Shown here in pieces: positions 13,426 through 26,930 of a stretch of DNA of 64,000 bases. The position numbers were made by a program, and so were the translations under genes. Source of the DNA: Octopus vulgaris. Lineage: Eukaryota. The stretch lies in contig OX597828.1 of assembly GCA_951406725.2 (NCBI GenBank), forward strand, positions 47,740,001 through 47,804,000, written 5' to 3'. Every line of letters begins with the position of its first letter. The stretch's first letter is position 1. Under the pieces are notes generated by a model. The model was given only the letters and a program-made list of their open reading frames with translations. It had not been told where the DNA came from and did no database searches.

Positions 13426-13635
13426 TATATACACTCATACATATATATTTATATTTATGTATGTATGTGTGTGTATGCTTGTATTTATGTACGTACATAT
13501 GTGTCTGTGTATGTAAGCGCGTATATACATATACATAAATTTATATATATATATATACATATTCATACATACAATATGTACATATATGTATACAGAGAGA
13601 CACATACAAACATTCATATATGTATATGTATGTAT

Positions 13636-13670
<35 letters not shown>

Positions 13671-14718
13671 CGTTTGTGTGTGTGTGCGTGTGTGTGTGTG
13701 TCATGCAGTGTGGATCTGTTGCATATATATTGTTGTTGTTATATTGTTTGTATATTGCGAATTCTGAAATCAACTGAAATAAATGTTAGCGCCATTTTGA
13801 CGGCTGCAGTTTTTTTTATTCTTCTCAGAAAGGTTGGAACCTGAAATCACCCTGAAACTCTTTCGCCGACGAAGATGCGCGCGCGTGTGTGTGTGTTTAA
13901 CAGCCATACATGACTCAATGCCGACTGGTGATAAGTTCTCTTGTATATTTTTTTTTCTATATATCGTACAGGATCTGTTTTATTCAGTGACTGAGATGGA
14001 ACAAAAATCATCGGTGCGATAATACAATATAGCAGTAAATGAAATGATAAAATAACATGGCGACGGAAATGAAATTACCGATGAGAAGCCAGGGGAGAAG
14101 AGAAGAAAGAGAAAAAGAGAAAAAGAGAGAAGCACAGAGCTTGAGGGAGAAAAATGAGTGAGTGAGAAATCTTATTTTTCTTACTCCGAAGAATTTTTCA
14201 GAATAGGACGCTGTTTTCATAGAACATAAATTGTTTATTGTTTAGGAATGGGGAAAGGGTGGATAGATGCAGCCGATAAGGTGCCAAAAGAGTGGCCGAT
14301 AGTTATGTAATTTGCATCATCCCGCCTAACCATTGTGTGAAGACCCTGGTCAAGGCAATCAGCTATCAGCGGTAAAGTCTTAAGAAAATTCTGAAGTCTT
14401 GAATGGATAATCATTTAATTCTGACCAATCCAATATTGACAGTCCAACACAGGAAACGGTCGGTATGCACAACTGGGACGGCATTAAATTGAAATAACCT
14501 TCCTACATATCGAAAGAGACAAATGTGTTTCAGGGATACGACACATCGTTGGCAAAGGCCAAGAGGGCCGAAACGCATCTGACGTTCTTGTATATAACTG
14601 CTGGGACGCTTTCATATATATTGTGTTTTTCACACAAAATTGATTTTCTCTCAGACAAAAACATTGTATCATACCTTTTAATGGTATATACCTTTCATGT
14701 GGCTTACATATATGTATG

Positions 14719-14752
<34 letters not shown>

Positions 14753-14754
14753 TG

Positions 14755-14786
<32 letters not shown>

Positions 14787-14881
14787 ACGATTTACCATCT
14801 CCCTGAACTTGCTGGCCTTGTGCCAAAATTTGAAACCAATATTAGAGGTTGAAATGTTCCGCTGTTCCATATTATATTGAG

Positions 14882-15012
14882 AACTAGAAAAGCACTTGCA
14901 GAGCGCAGACCTCCGCCAAGCAGCTCATTTCCACCCATATACACGCATGCTGAAAATCGCCCAATTTCCCAAACCAACGCCGGCAAAAACATAACCTCCT
15001 TGGCGGGGGTAA
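14882..15012. mobile_element. Short Helentron/HINE-like non-autonomous element (related end at ~15390-15665)
   Basis: ACCTCCGCCAAG...AAAACATAACCTCCTTGGCGGGGGTAA subterminal inverted repeat and terminal palindrome; motif recurs at 15635-15660. Confidence 0.45.
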
Positions 15013-15817
15013 AAAAAAAAATAACACAGCCATATGATTTTAAGAAAAAAGACCCTTTAAAAACAGGAATCATCTGAAGCAGTTCACAACCACCAACATC
15101 ATCAGCAGCATTGTCATTGCTTCCACTTCAACCACATACACCGCCATCAATGTTATCATGACGGTTATCCTGACAGACACTTTTACCACCACAACCAGTA
15201 TAACCACTGCAATACCACCATCATACAACTAATACTATCATCAACACCACTATTACCACCATCACCTCAGCATCACACATCACACCGCTCGCGTCGCCAT
15301 TATAACCACCGATACTATTTTATCCTCCTCCCATACTTATCTCGATCATCGTTATCATCAACACTGTCTCTAAACAGCAACGCCACCATAGGTTACGTGA
15401 AAACGATGATTTCAAGGGAGATAATCAAAGAACGTAACGTAATAATTCATGTAAAGTAAATATAACAAATTAAAAATTCTTCAAGAATCCATAAAAATTC
15501 CCGGATCACTACCAAAATTTCATCATCTGTTCCTTGTGTCATTACCAACTTTTTCTGTAAGTTTCATTAAATACCGTTCGCTACTTTTTGAGTTATTTTG
15601 CACACAGACGGACAGGCGGACAAACCAACGCCAATGAAAACATAACCTCCTTCCTTGGCGTACTTAATTTTATTGCATCGTAGCAGTGATTGGCGTGGGG
15701 AGCTTGAAAAAGTATTAGTAAAAAAAAATGGAATGACAGTAAAAAAAAAAAGGTTGAGAAGCACTAATCTAATGTATTCTTATAGTTAAGACCTCGTACT
15801 TTGCAGTTTAGGATATT

Positions 15818-16235
15818 TGGATCTTTTCGGTTTGAACGGCAGTTTTTAACATAATTTCTAGGTAACTAAAAAATTTTTAACTTCGTATATTGGTAGAATG
15901 TGTTTATAAAAAAATCTTTTTCTCTTGGCTTTATCGAGAAAATTCTATAGTTTGTAGCATATTTGGTCTTTAATTTCTTGCATTTCGGCAATGTCAACCA
16001 ATCAATGACCGTCTATTGCGGTGAAAACATTCTGTGCCGTATGAATATGTCCCGCGTTTAAGAAACGGATTGGGTTTATTTACATTTCTGAAGAAAAAAA
16101 AGATACCCTTCCTCCCACCCCTAACCCTAACCCTAACTAACCCTGAATCTAAAATAGATTGAAATGCAATAGATCGATACTAGGGTCATAATTATGGGTG
16201 ACAATTTCATATGACACCGCTAGAAAGAACTGCCG
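15818..16235. mobile_element. Putative non-autonomous DNA element with internal (CCCTAA)n
   Basis: Inverted ends CGGCAGTTTTT / AAGAACTGCCG; about 4 CCCTAA units at 16119-16145. Confidence 0.45.
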
Positions 16236-16388
16236 ACCTGAGGTTCTTTCATTCGATCATGAGCTGTAGTTAAGACATGCGCAGAAGGGTAAAAACAGGG
16301 ACGCAAACCTAGACGCGCGATACGTCAGCCATGATTCAGGATGACTTGGACAAGTTGACAAGTTGACTCACTTAAACAGTTTGTGTGT

Positions 16389-16435
<47 letters not shown>

Positions 16436-16542
16436 ATACATACACACACACATACATACACACACGCACACACGCACGCACGCGCGCACACACATGCGCA
16501 CACACATCGACTTGTTTCATGTCTTAGACTTTCATCATAGTT

Positions 16543-16579
<37 letters not shown>

Positions 16580-16920
16580 ACACGCACGCACGCACGCGCA
16601 CACACATGCGCACACACATCGACTTGTTTCATGTCTTAGATTTCCATCATAGCTCCCACCCCCCCACACACACACACACACTCACACACTACAACCACCA
16701 CCACCACCACCACCACCGCTCCGCTTCTTCCTCTTCTTCCTCTTGCTCTTCCTCTTCTTCCTCTTGCTCTTCCTCTTCGCCCCCCTTCGTCGCATTGTGT
16801 CTCGTCTTTTGATTTGATTTCTTTAAACTATTGATAAGTCAGAAATCCAGTTTCCACAAATTTAATTAACAAACAAAAATGGCTGCTCAATTATTACTAA
16901 TTCCGTGTAAAAAATTTTAA

Positions 16921-16954
<34 letters not shown>

Positions 16955-17143
16955 AATGGTGGTGGTGGTGGTGCTGCTGCTGCTTCTGCTGTTGTTGTTG
17001 TTGTTGTTGTTGTTTGGCTTGCTTTGTTTATTGGGGGAATTGAGCGGGAATGATTCGGAGATGAAGTTTTTTGATGTTGCTTTTGTCATCGACGGCGTCA
17101 TCTACATCATCATCACCACCACCACCACCACCACCACTATGAC

Positions 17144-17183
<40 letters not shown>

Positions 17184-18126
17184 GTCGTCGTCGTCGTCGT
17201 CACCGTTACCACCATCATTATCGTTGTCATAATTTATTATTTGTTTGTGTTTGTTTATTTGTTTATATGTTTATATGTTTGTCATCTGATGTTTGTTATA
17301 TTTTGTTATATCCATCCCCGTCATACGAAACAATGCAAAGCAAAACGAAACAAAAAAAAATGCTAAATTACAATAATGATGATGATGATGATGATATTAA
17401 TAATAATAATAATAAATAGATAAAAACAAAATGGCGTTTCTTGTTAATTTTGCGTCAAATTTTCGCTCGTTATTTGTTTGTTTATAAACATCACAATAAA
17501 TTGTTTGAGAAGTCACACGTATTGTACAACCGACAAAGTGTGTCAGAGGGTGTGTGTGTGTTTTTGTGTGTGTGTGTGTGTGTGTGAGTGTGAGTGTGTG
17601 TATTTATGTGTGTGATGCGTGTGTGTAGTGTATTGCTGCTGTGTATTATTAAGATGGATGTCGAATTTTAAATTAAGTTTAGAAGAGTTCGGCGTGATAG
17701 GCCTATATAGAGCGTCTTGAATGAATGAGTACAGAGTATCTTGGTATGTAGGGGTATATGTGTGTGTTTGTGAAGTGTGTGTGTGTATACATGTATGCAC
17801 ATATATATATGCCAATTTATATATATATACATATATATATGCATGTATATATGTGTGTGTGTGTATATATATAAATAGATGAGTGTATTTTTACCTTGTT
17901 AACAATTAACACGGAAAAATAAATAAATAGTTACCAGGGCAGCAAAAATCTCACAAGTAAAGGTGTTGTAACTCCTTGTTATAAAGGTTGAAACTGCAAG
18001 AGAAGATTGCATTGTTTATACCATTTATTCTTTTGAATAGTATCAGTGGAATTTTCGAAACATGTGTCGGAAGTAAAAATACTTGTTTACACCTGCGTTA
18101 ACTCCATTTTTTATTATATATATATA

Positions 18127-18297
<171 letters not shown>

Positions 18298-18631
18298 TGC
18301 ATATAGATATATACACAAAGAGAAGACTTTTGGCAGGACTCCTTACATGCTATATATACATATATAAAATATAATTAGTGAAGGTGCATGGGCGACTGCT
18401 GGTCTTCCATAAACAACCTTGCCCGGACTTGTGCCTGGGAGGGTAACTTTCTGGGTGCAATCCCATGGTCAGTCAAGACCGAAGGGAATCTCAGCAAATA
18501 TAATTAAGATTAGGTTGAATTAGGTACTTAAACTGAGGCACTTTGTTAGGTCGATCTAATTTGCACACCCAAACAATATCAGGTGAATATCAAACTCTGT
18601 GCGGAAGTGTTTGCATTTGATATTCTTGCAG

Positions 18632-18703
18632 TGTATAGTAGTATAGTGGTAAGTATCCCCGCCTGTCACGCGGGAGACCGGGGTTCGATTCCCTGCCGGG
18701 GAG
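18632..18703 (+). pseudogene. trnD-GUC: tRNA-Asp(GTC) copy lacking the 5' acceptor strand
   Basis: 18639-18703 = TAGTATAGTGGTAAGTATCCCCGCCTGTCACGCGGGAGACCGGGGTTCGATTCCCTGCCGGGGAG (metazoan Asp tRNA positions 8-72); positions 1-7 read TGTATAG and cannot pair with CCGGGGA. Confidence 0.85.
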
Positions 18704-18719
18704 GTGATAAATACGTTGC

Positions 18720-18952
18720 AAGGCGGCGAGCTGGCAGAAACGTTAGCACGCCGGGCGAAATGCATAACCGTATTTCGTCTGCCGTTACGTTCTGAGTTCA
18801 AATTCCGCCGAGGTTGACTTTACCTTTCATCCTTTCGGGGTCGATAAATTACGTACCAGTTACGCACTGGGGTCGATGGAATCGACTTAATCGCTTTGTC
18901 TGTCCTTGTTTGTCCCCTCTGTGTTTTAGCCCCTTGTGGGTAGTAAAGAAAT
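18720..18952 (+). mobile_element. tRNA-derived SINE family C
   Basis: AAGGCGGCGAGCTGGCAGAAACGTTAG...GAGTTCAAATTCC; near-identical to the copy starting at 52142. Confidence 0.85.
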
Positions 18953-19178
18953 ATATTCTTGCGGTGTTTGCCGATAACTTAGTGAAGAGATTCGCTCTTA
19001 GTTGTTCAAACATGTACTTTGTATATAAATGCAAAAATATTTTCAATAAAATTTCCGAAGTACAGATTCCAAGGTAGGTGAATGAAACTACGATATGTAG
19101 TGCTTAGCTGCTTGCATGTTAATTCCACGAACCGGCTGTTGTGTTGATCGGATCAACCGGGATACGACAGAGTGCCAA

Positions 19179-19209
<31 letters not shown>

Positions 19210-19638
19210 ACGGTGTGTGTATGGGTGTTTGTGTGTGTGCGCGCGCGTGTGCGTGTTTGTGTGTGACAGGGACTCACGCCGCTCCCAGATATGGGGGGGA
19301 AGAAATTTGATACCCTTTGTAATGGTTCATATGTTATGTCAAAGGACACAACGCTACACCAGTGGCCGGATACGACTTTATGACCCAAGGGGGGGGCGGA
19401 GTACTTAAGATGAGGTCGTGGGGATGGTGGAGACAAACGCGAGGCAGGCGGAATAGGGTAGTAGAGCTTGGGGAAGTTGTGAAGATAAAGGGGAGATGGT
19501 GGTGGTTAAGGAAGTCGTGTGACACGGTTCAACAAACAGCTCTGAAACCTGGGTAGGATGGGGCGGTGGAGTTTACAGGGTTAGATAATCTTGTAGATAG
19601 ATGGACGGATGGACAGACGGACAGAAAAACAGATAGAT

Positions 19639-19732
<94 letters not shown>

Positions 19733-19734
19733 AC

Positions 19735-19782
<48 letters not shown>

Positions 19783-19823
19783 TGACTGATGGACAGACAG
19801 ACAGACAGACAGACAGACAGAAA

Positions 19824-19860
<37 letters not shown>

Positions 19861-19904
19861 CGGACGAACGGGCGGACAGACTGACAGACAGTCAGATAAT
19901 AGAT

Positions 19905-19946
<42 letters not shown>

Positions 19947-19996
19947 TGATAGACGGATGGACGGATGGACAGACAGACAGACAGAAAACAGATAGT

Positions 19997-20044
<48 letters not shown>

Positions 20045-20849
20045 CAGACAGACATGTAGCCCTTTTAGGACTATGATGTGTACCTGTGTATATATATATA
20101 TACATACGCACATACATACGTACACACTTACATACATTCCTATGTACTGTATCTTAATTGTATTTGAATCACAAATTAAGATACAATTCTATCATCTAGA
20201 CAAGAAACAGTCGTTAAGCTAATAGCTTTTGATTAAAATATCTCCCTTCGAGATGAAAAGGGGACTGCACAATAAAACACAGACAGAGATCAAGTATGCC
20301 TATTTCATCAAAAGCGTGTAAGCGTTAAGACAAATAGTTTGGTAGACAGTAGCTTTGTAGTTCTTACTAATTATCGATCAAACGAAGGATCGATCAAATA
20401 AGCAGACCACGATGTGAAACGTTTGCATCATGTTAAACTATTTGAAACACATGTAAGCTAAATAAATCGTTGATAATACATCTATATCGTACAGCCTTTG
20501 TTTTTATAATAAACTCTGTGATTAATACGCAAAAATTGCTAATTTGTGATCAACCGCAGATTTATAATGTGTACCTGTCGCAAGAAATGAATAACAAATA
20601 TGGATTACTATAATCCCTAATTGCTCTAGTTGTGTGTGTGTGTGTGTGTGTGTATGATTATATGTGTGCGTGTATGTATTTATATATATACACACACACA
20701 CACAACACATATAATTATGAGAGGGGGAGAGAGGGAGAGAGAGGGAGAAGCAATTATGCGGATAAACAAATCAAATATAACAGCATGGGTTTCATATACG
20801 ATAGATATACTCCTTTACTTTTTTACTCGTTCCAGCCATGCAGTTGTGG

Positions 20850-21540
20850 TCATGCTGGAACAAAACTGTGATCTTTCTGATTTCGTCAGTCCGGGGTGTT
20901 TCACATCCCCACTCTTGTATATGCCTTTGTCCCAGCTTTTGGCCCATATGATATATAAGGGAGTTTGATTCCGCTTTCCCTCACTGCACCTTATGTCGGG
21001 CTGTTGGTTCATCCGGTATTGTGGAGAGGAGGGTGTCTAGTTCCTTTTTGAAGGTATCTACTTCACCTTATGCAAGAAATAAAGATGGCCGATGGTCACG
21101 TGAGAGCCACGTGAGCAAGGGAGGAGGAGGAGGGAGGGAGAGAGATTTCTTAATTTTTCTGGCATTGAAAAGTTGTGGGCTTTTGAACCATAGACGATTG
21201 CAGTACCTGGTCTGGAATTTAGAATGAGTGAATGGTACCTTTGGTACAATACAATGGCGGCCAGTTCTTGCATTTGTATAACACTAAATGCCGAATTAGG
21301 TTCTAGCCCTTTTAGAGTTTTCCATACGTAGATTATTACACACCTGTCGCGCTTTCGCTCCAGGAAGTAAAGTTGTAGTTTTCTCAGCTCATCCCTGTAG
21401 CTCATCTGCTGCTCTTTTTAGTGAAGCGGCATTGGACTGCTTCAAGCTCCGTTATTAGCTTGGCACTATGTGGGGACCGTAACTAGGAGCAGTAGTCCAG
21501 GCGGCTGAGAAGAAAGGTTCTCCATAGGGTTGACATAGCT
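20850..21540 (-). pseudogene. CR1/L2-group LINE ORF2 3' fragment, decayed
   Basis: LLSRLDYCS, ELEAVQ, MSYRDELRKLQLYFLERKRDRCVIIYVWK motifs. Confidence 0.75.
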
Positions 21541-22615
21541 TCTATTATGTAAATAGAGGAATTTATCTGTAAATATAATATGTGACAATTATTCGGTAGC
21601 CTTGATAAAGCTCCGAGTTTTGCCCCGAGTTTCGCCTCGACATCCGAAACTCGGAGTTTTATCATAGCTACAGAATAATTGTCATATATATATATACATA
21701 TGATAGGGATGACCACTATGTGGACAACCCTTATGCTAGAAGTAGATCTGCTATGGTCTTATCACTAAGAAATGTTCTCAAGAAAAATTTAGCAAACACC
21801 AGAAAGTAAGCGAGCAAGACAAATGAAAAGAAAAAAAACTATAGAGTATTCACATACATGTTTCACTATTAACAGATTACGTAATTTTCCTTACGCAAGT
21901 TGTCCGCAGATCTTCAGTGTGACCGGCCATACAAATATATAGTTCTGCAAATTGTATTTGTATGGACGGTCACACTGAAGATCTACGGACAAATTGCGTA
22001 AATAAAATTACGTAATCTTTTTACTCTTTCATTTTTTTCTATCTTATTCTTTTACCTTCTCTTCTCCCACTATTCTATCCTATTTCTCTGTCACTCTCTG
22101 TCCCTCACTCCTCCTTTGCTCACGATGCTCCCACGTGACCATCGGCCATCTTTCTCTCTCTCTCTGTTGTAGCTGGAACAAGGAAGACATGTTCTTGTTT
22201 GTCTTCTGTCCTAGCTTGATTTACGCGTTCGCCACCACAATCTAGTTTAGGCTTAGCAGCCCTTCCTGTTTGCTTTCACTGTCCTGCTTGTGTTACCTAT
22301 TTTGACCCTCCGCAAAATCCCAAATTTCTTTTAATTTGCTTTGCAGGAGCAACTGTTTTATCGAAAGCGTATATTGTTGTTAAATGCTCGAAATACGAGA
22401 CTAGAGAAAAAACCAACAACTGATGAAGGGTCGTTCTTTATGTTGTTTCTTTTGTTTTCCATTTGTGTATTTCATTGTTCGAAAGAATAGTTCATGTTCC
22501 ATGTAGTCGTGCTTCGTATTTTTTTGTTTTGTACACGTTTCATGACGTCCTGTGTCCACACACATATGCATATATATGTATAGATGTATGTACGTATACG
22601 TATGTATATATGCAT

Positions 22616-22663
<48 letters not shown>

Positions 22664-23182
22664 CCCAAGCTGTTATGTTTAATTTGTTTATCCACGTAAT
22701 TGCCTCCATATCTTCTCACCTGTATATATATATAACTTTAAAATAGGATAAAATCTTTATAAGAATTTATCAAGTAGCGTGAAAAACCTCATAAGAGAAA
22801 AAACATCAATTTTGTCTTTTAAGTATATTTATTTATATTATATGGATGGCATTGCTATACATAAATGCCACACGCTAGGAGGGACTCTTAAAGTCAAAAC
22901 TACCAAAATAAATAAACACATAGTATCGAATGCGAGTGAATACAACTCTCAAAAACAGAATTCAGCTGCAAATCACATGATTTCATAATTAATGCAGAAA
23001 TGCACTTTTTAATCGTCAGTGCAAGCATAATTCAAGATTTATAACAAAAATCAACAAAAATCAAGAAAATTCAACAAAAATTGCTTCGAAGGTTACATTC
23101 CCTCGCATTCGATACTATGTGTTTATTTTTGTTGGTAGTTTTGACTTCAAGAGTCCCTCCTAGCGTGTGGCATTTGTGTATA

Positions 23183-23231
<49 letters not shown>

Positions 23232-23383
23232 AACACGTATATATAAAGAGAGGGAGAGAGAGAGACGATTCGGACTGTCTCATATGATTCTAGAGATAAG
23301 ACGGTAGACTTCGATTTGAGGTTGATTTGTTTGTTATTTCTAATCGTACGAAATGTCACAATGACTCAAATTAAATGTCTGCA

Positions 23384-24010
23384 GTTGTTGCTGTTGTTGT
23401 TGTTGTTGTTGTTGTGGTGGTGGTGGTGGTGGTGGTGGTGGTGGTGGTGGTGGTGGTGGTGGTGGTGGTGGTGGTGGTGGTGGTGGTGGTGGTGGTGGTG
23501 GTATGGTGGTGGTGGTGAGAACAGGAAGCGGATTTAATCCTGGATGGGGGGGTTAGGACGAGTTAACGTATTAACCCTCCTCTACGTCCTTCTCCGCCTC
23601 CTTCTCCTCCACACAATATATTAACCATCATGTTTCTGACATTCAGATGTCATCAACGACACTATTTTAGGTAATCCGAACCAATACGGGTGGAATGAAT
23701 GATGATGGGAGGAGATAGTCGTCGCCTTGATGATGGTCGTCGCCGTCGTGAGTATAGTATTGGTGGTGGTGGTGGTGTGGTGGTGGTGGTGATGGTGGTG
23801 GTTGTGGTGGTGGTGGTGGTGGTGATGGTGGTGGTGGTGGTGATGGTGGTGGTGGTGGTGATGGTGGTGATGGTGGTGGTCGTGGTCGTGGTCGTGGTCG
23901 TGGTGGTGGTGGTGGTGGTGGTGGTGGTGGTGGTGGTGGTGGTGGTGGTGGTGGTGGTGGTGATGGTGGTGGTGTTAGTGGTGGTGGTGTTAGTGGTGGT
24001 GGTGATGGTG
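23384..24010. repeat. (TGG)n / (TTG)n microsatellite blocks
   Basis: Visible directly. Confidence 0.9.
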
Positions 24011-24446
24011 CCCTATTGTATTAGTAGTGTTAGTAGTGAGGGTGCTGATGATGGTAGTGGTGGTGGTAGTAGTAGTAGTAGTGTTAGTGAGGATGGTATC
24101 GGTGGTATGTTTGTTAGTGGTGGTGATTCTCCTGTTGCTTAACTCCCAGTGCACCTCTTATCTTGCAGCTTTATAGTTAAGGCCATTCCAGCCATGACAT
24201 TCCGTCCTTTCAGAAATATCTAGGACTACATCAGTCAATATGACTTTCCAATTCCTAAGACGACAGGTATGTGTATGATTTAAGAAAGGGGCTGTTACTA
24301 TTTATAGACAGGTCATTTTATAAATATACGTGTGTCTGTCTGTCTGTCTGTCAGTCTGCCCGTCTGCTCATAATTTCAATACAACGACTGCACCAATACA
24401 CACACACACACATACACATACATACACATACATATACATACATATA

Positions 24447-24658
24447 CTCTTTTACTCTTTTATTTGTTTCAGTCATTTGACTGCGGCCATGCTGGAGCAC
24501 CGCCTTTAATCGAGCAACTCGACCCCGGGACTTATTCTTTGTAAGCCCAGTACTTATTCTATCGGTCTCTGTTGCCGAACCGCTAAGTGACGGGGACATA
24601 AACACACCAGCATCGGCTGTCAAGCGATGTTGGGGGGACAAACACAGACATACAAACT

Positions 24659-24714
<56 letters not shown>

Positions 24715-24775
24715 TACGACGGGCTTCTTTCAGTTTCCATCTACCAAATCCACTCACAAGGCATTAGTCGGCCCT
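24447..24775 (-). mobile_element. SINE family A, 5'-truncated
   Basis: Identity to family A. Confidence 0.85.
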
Positions 24776-24943
24776 GTACTTTTTTTTTATTTTATTTTTA
24801 TTTTATCTAGTTTCAGCTCACGAGCTGTGGCCATGCTGGAGATATATATATATAGGGAAAGTTCACGAAAAAAACAAAAGACGAAAACAGATGGTGTACA
24901 AAACAAACAGATGTATTAGTATAGCGCTCAGGAATAGAAAAAG

Positions 24944-24981
24944 TCTTTTACGTTTCGAGCCTACTCTCTTCTACAGAAAGG
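24944..24981 (-). ncRNA. Minimal hammerhead variant (H1)
   Basis: CTTT-CTGTAGA-A-GAGA(gtag)GCTC-GAAA-C-GTA-AAAG; one stem II mismatch. Confidence 0.55.
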
Positions 24982-25039
24982 GACACAGAAAAAAACAAGG
25001 AGAGAAAAAAATGTGTTTAGTGGCTAACGATCTATCATG

Positions 25040-25236
25040 TTCGAAGCAGGGGCAGCTGAAGAAGGGAAATGTTCCTTGTGTTGTATGTCCTGGACTCTGT
25101 TTTTTCGTTGTTTGAAAAAGTCCTTTTTCCATGGTTTTGTTTTTATGTTTTCGTTTCTCGTTGTGTTCTACGTTTTTTTTTTGGTGACATGTACCCATAT
25201 ATGCGTGTATATATACATATGGATGTAGGCATGTAC

Positions 25237-25269
<33 letters not shown>

Positions 25270-25657
25270 TGTATGTATGTATGTATGTATGTATGTATGT
25301 ATGTATGCATGAATGTATGCGTATGTTTTATATATTAATTTGTTATTATATGACCGAACGCCACGCATCCACTTCCAAGTAAGTTTTATCTATCTATCTA
25401 TCTATATCTATACATATATATATATATGAAACCATGGCAACTGAAGAAGGGGTTTTTTCCTTGTGTTATTTGTCCTGTACTCTATTTTTTTGTTGTTTAA
25501 GAAAAATGTCCAGTTCCTTGGGTTTGTGTCTATGTTTTCGTTTCTCATTGTGTTCGACGTTTTTTTGGTGTCCTGTACTCATATATGCGTGCATATATAC
25601 AGGTAGAGGTAGGTACGTACATATATGTATATATATATGCATATGTTTTATTTATTA

Positions 25658-25660
<3 letters not shown>
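25040..25660 (+). repeat. Two copies of unclassified (TA)-associated repeat family E
   Basis: CTGAAGAAGGG...TTTTCGTTTCTC...GAACGCCACGCATCC; also at ~11060-11240(-), 22415-22620, 34740-34936(-) and 35040-35355(+). Confidence 0.6.
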
Positions 25661-25699
<39 letters not shown>

Positions 25700-26009
25700 A
25701 TTACCGGTAGGGACGACATATTTCGTTATGCAACCATAACATGCTATCAAGTATACTGTGTTTTGCCGCGTAAGCAGTGTCATTCAGTCACTTTCTAAAG
25801 TTATCTTAGAGATTTTCTTTAGAAATTAGAGCAACCACGGGACGTTACGACGTTTCGTATACGAATACGTCTATGTAAACGATGTGATCGAAGACAGAAA
25901 AGTAGGTGATGAGTGTATATGCATATTTCAGGTCAGTAATAGCAAAGGTCAACAATTCAATATTGTGTCCTACCTGCATTAGCAGTACGATTCAGTCACT
26001 TATATGGGT

Positions 26010-26060
<51 letters not shown>

Positions 26061-26369
26061 GGTGGGGGTGTGTGCTTAATTTATAAGGAAAAAAATCCAG
26101 AGGAGCAGTTTCCAGGGTAGCCAAATGTCACATAAGCGCCTAAGAAATTAGTAACCACACTTGCATGGGTGATAATTCCGAGGAGAATTGAGACGTGTTT
26201 TGGAGAACGTAAGAGTAATGGAAATGGAGACCATACGCACAAGATGTTATTTAAATCATTTATATCGCCATATCACCGACATATGTTTCGATTGATACAT
26301 TAAAATAAATCCGAGAGGAAGAATAATGTGGAATAAGCAACAGTGCTCTTTAATAAGCCATTTTTACAG

Positions 26370-26400
<31 letters not shown>

Positions 26401-26431
26401 CATACATATATATATATATTTATATATATAC

Positions 26432-26500
<69 letters not shown>

Positions 26501-26679
26501 AGGTAGAAAGGCAGATATTAACACAAGTAGATTTAAAGCGTACATGCGTTTAAACAAACTACTGATTTCGGAATAAAGACAACGAAAATAAGTGTTTCGA
26601 GAGCACAACAGCGTTGGTATGTAATGTGTGCATGATGTGTAACGCCATAAACTTCAAATGAAATTGTTAAGGTTATATC

Positions 26680-26930
26680 GTGAGTATATTTGGCACCTAT
26701 ATGTGGCTAATCCTTATGGGTTGATGCTACTGTAGCTTGTAGCCCCAGGAAGACATCTCCTCCAGCTGGCTATTGACACACTATCTGTGCCCTATCAGTA
26801 TTTGCAAAGGAAAGTCATCGTTCCCATCTCCAGCCTGGCGTGATACACACGGACCCGAGTTTCTGGATATTGACCCGTCATCAGCGTGTGGCAACAACCG
26901 GTTGGCGATGAGCAGTAGTTCTCAATGCAA
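26680..26930 (-). mobile_element. Hammerhead-bearing module H2, followed by an inverted partial copy at ~26955-27085
   Basis: Reverse complement of 27705-27990. Confidence 0.75.
26846..26890 (-). ncRNA. Minimal type I hammerhead ribozyme (H2)
   Basis: CACACG-CTGATGA-C-GGGT(caat)ATCC-A-GAAA-C(tcgg)G-TC-CGTGTG. Confidence 0.75.

Noticed and set aside
16119-16145. Chromosome end or fusion scar
   Set aside because: Only about 4 units, single orientation, inside a probable transposon.
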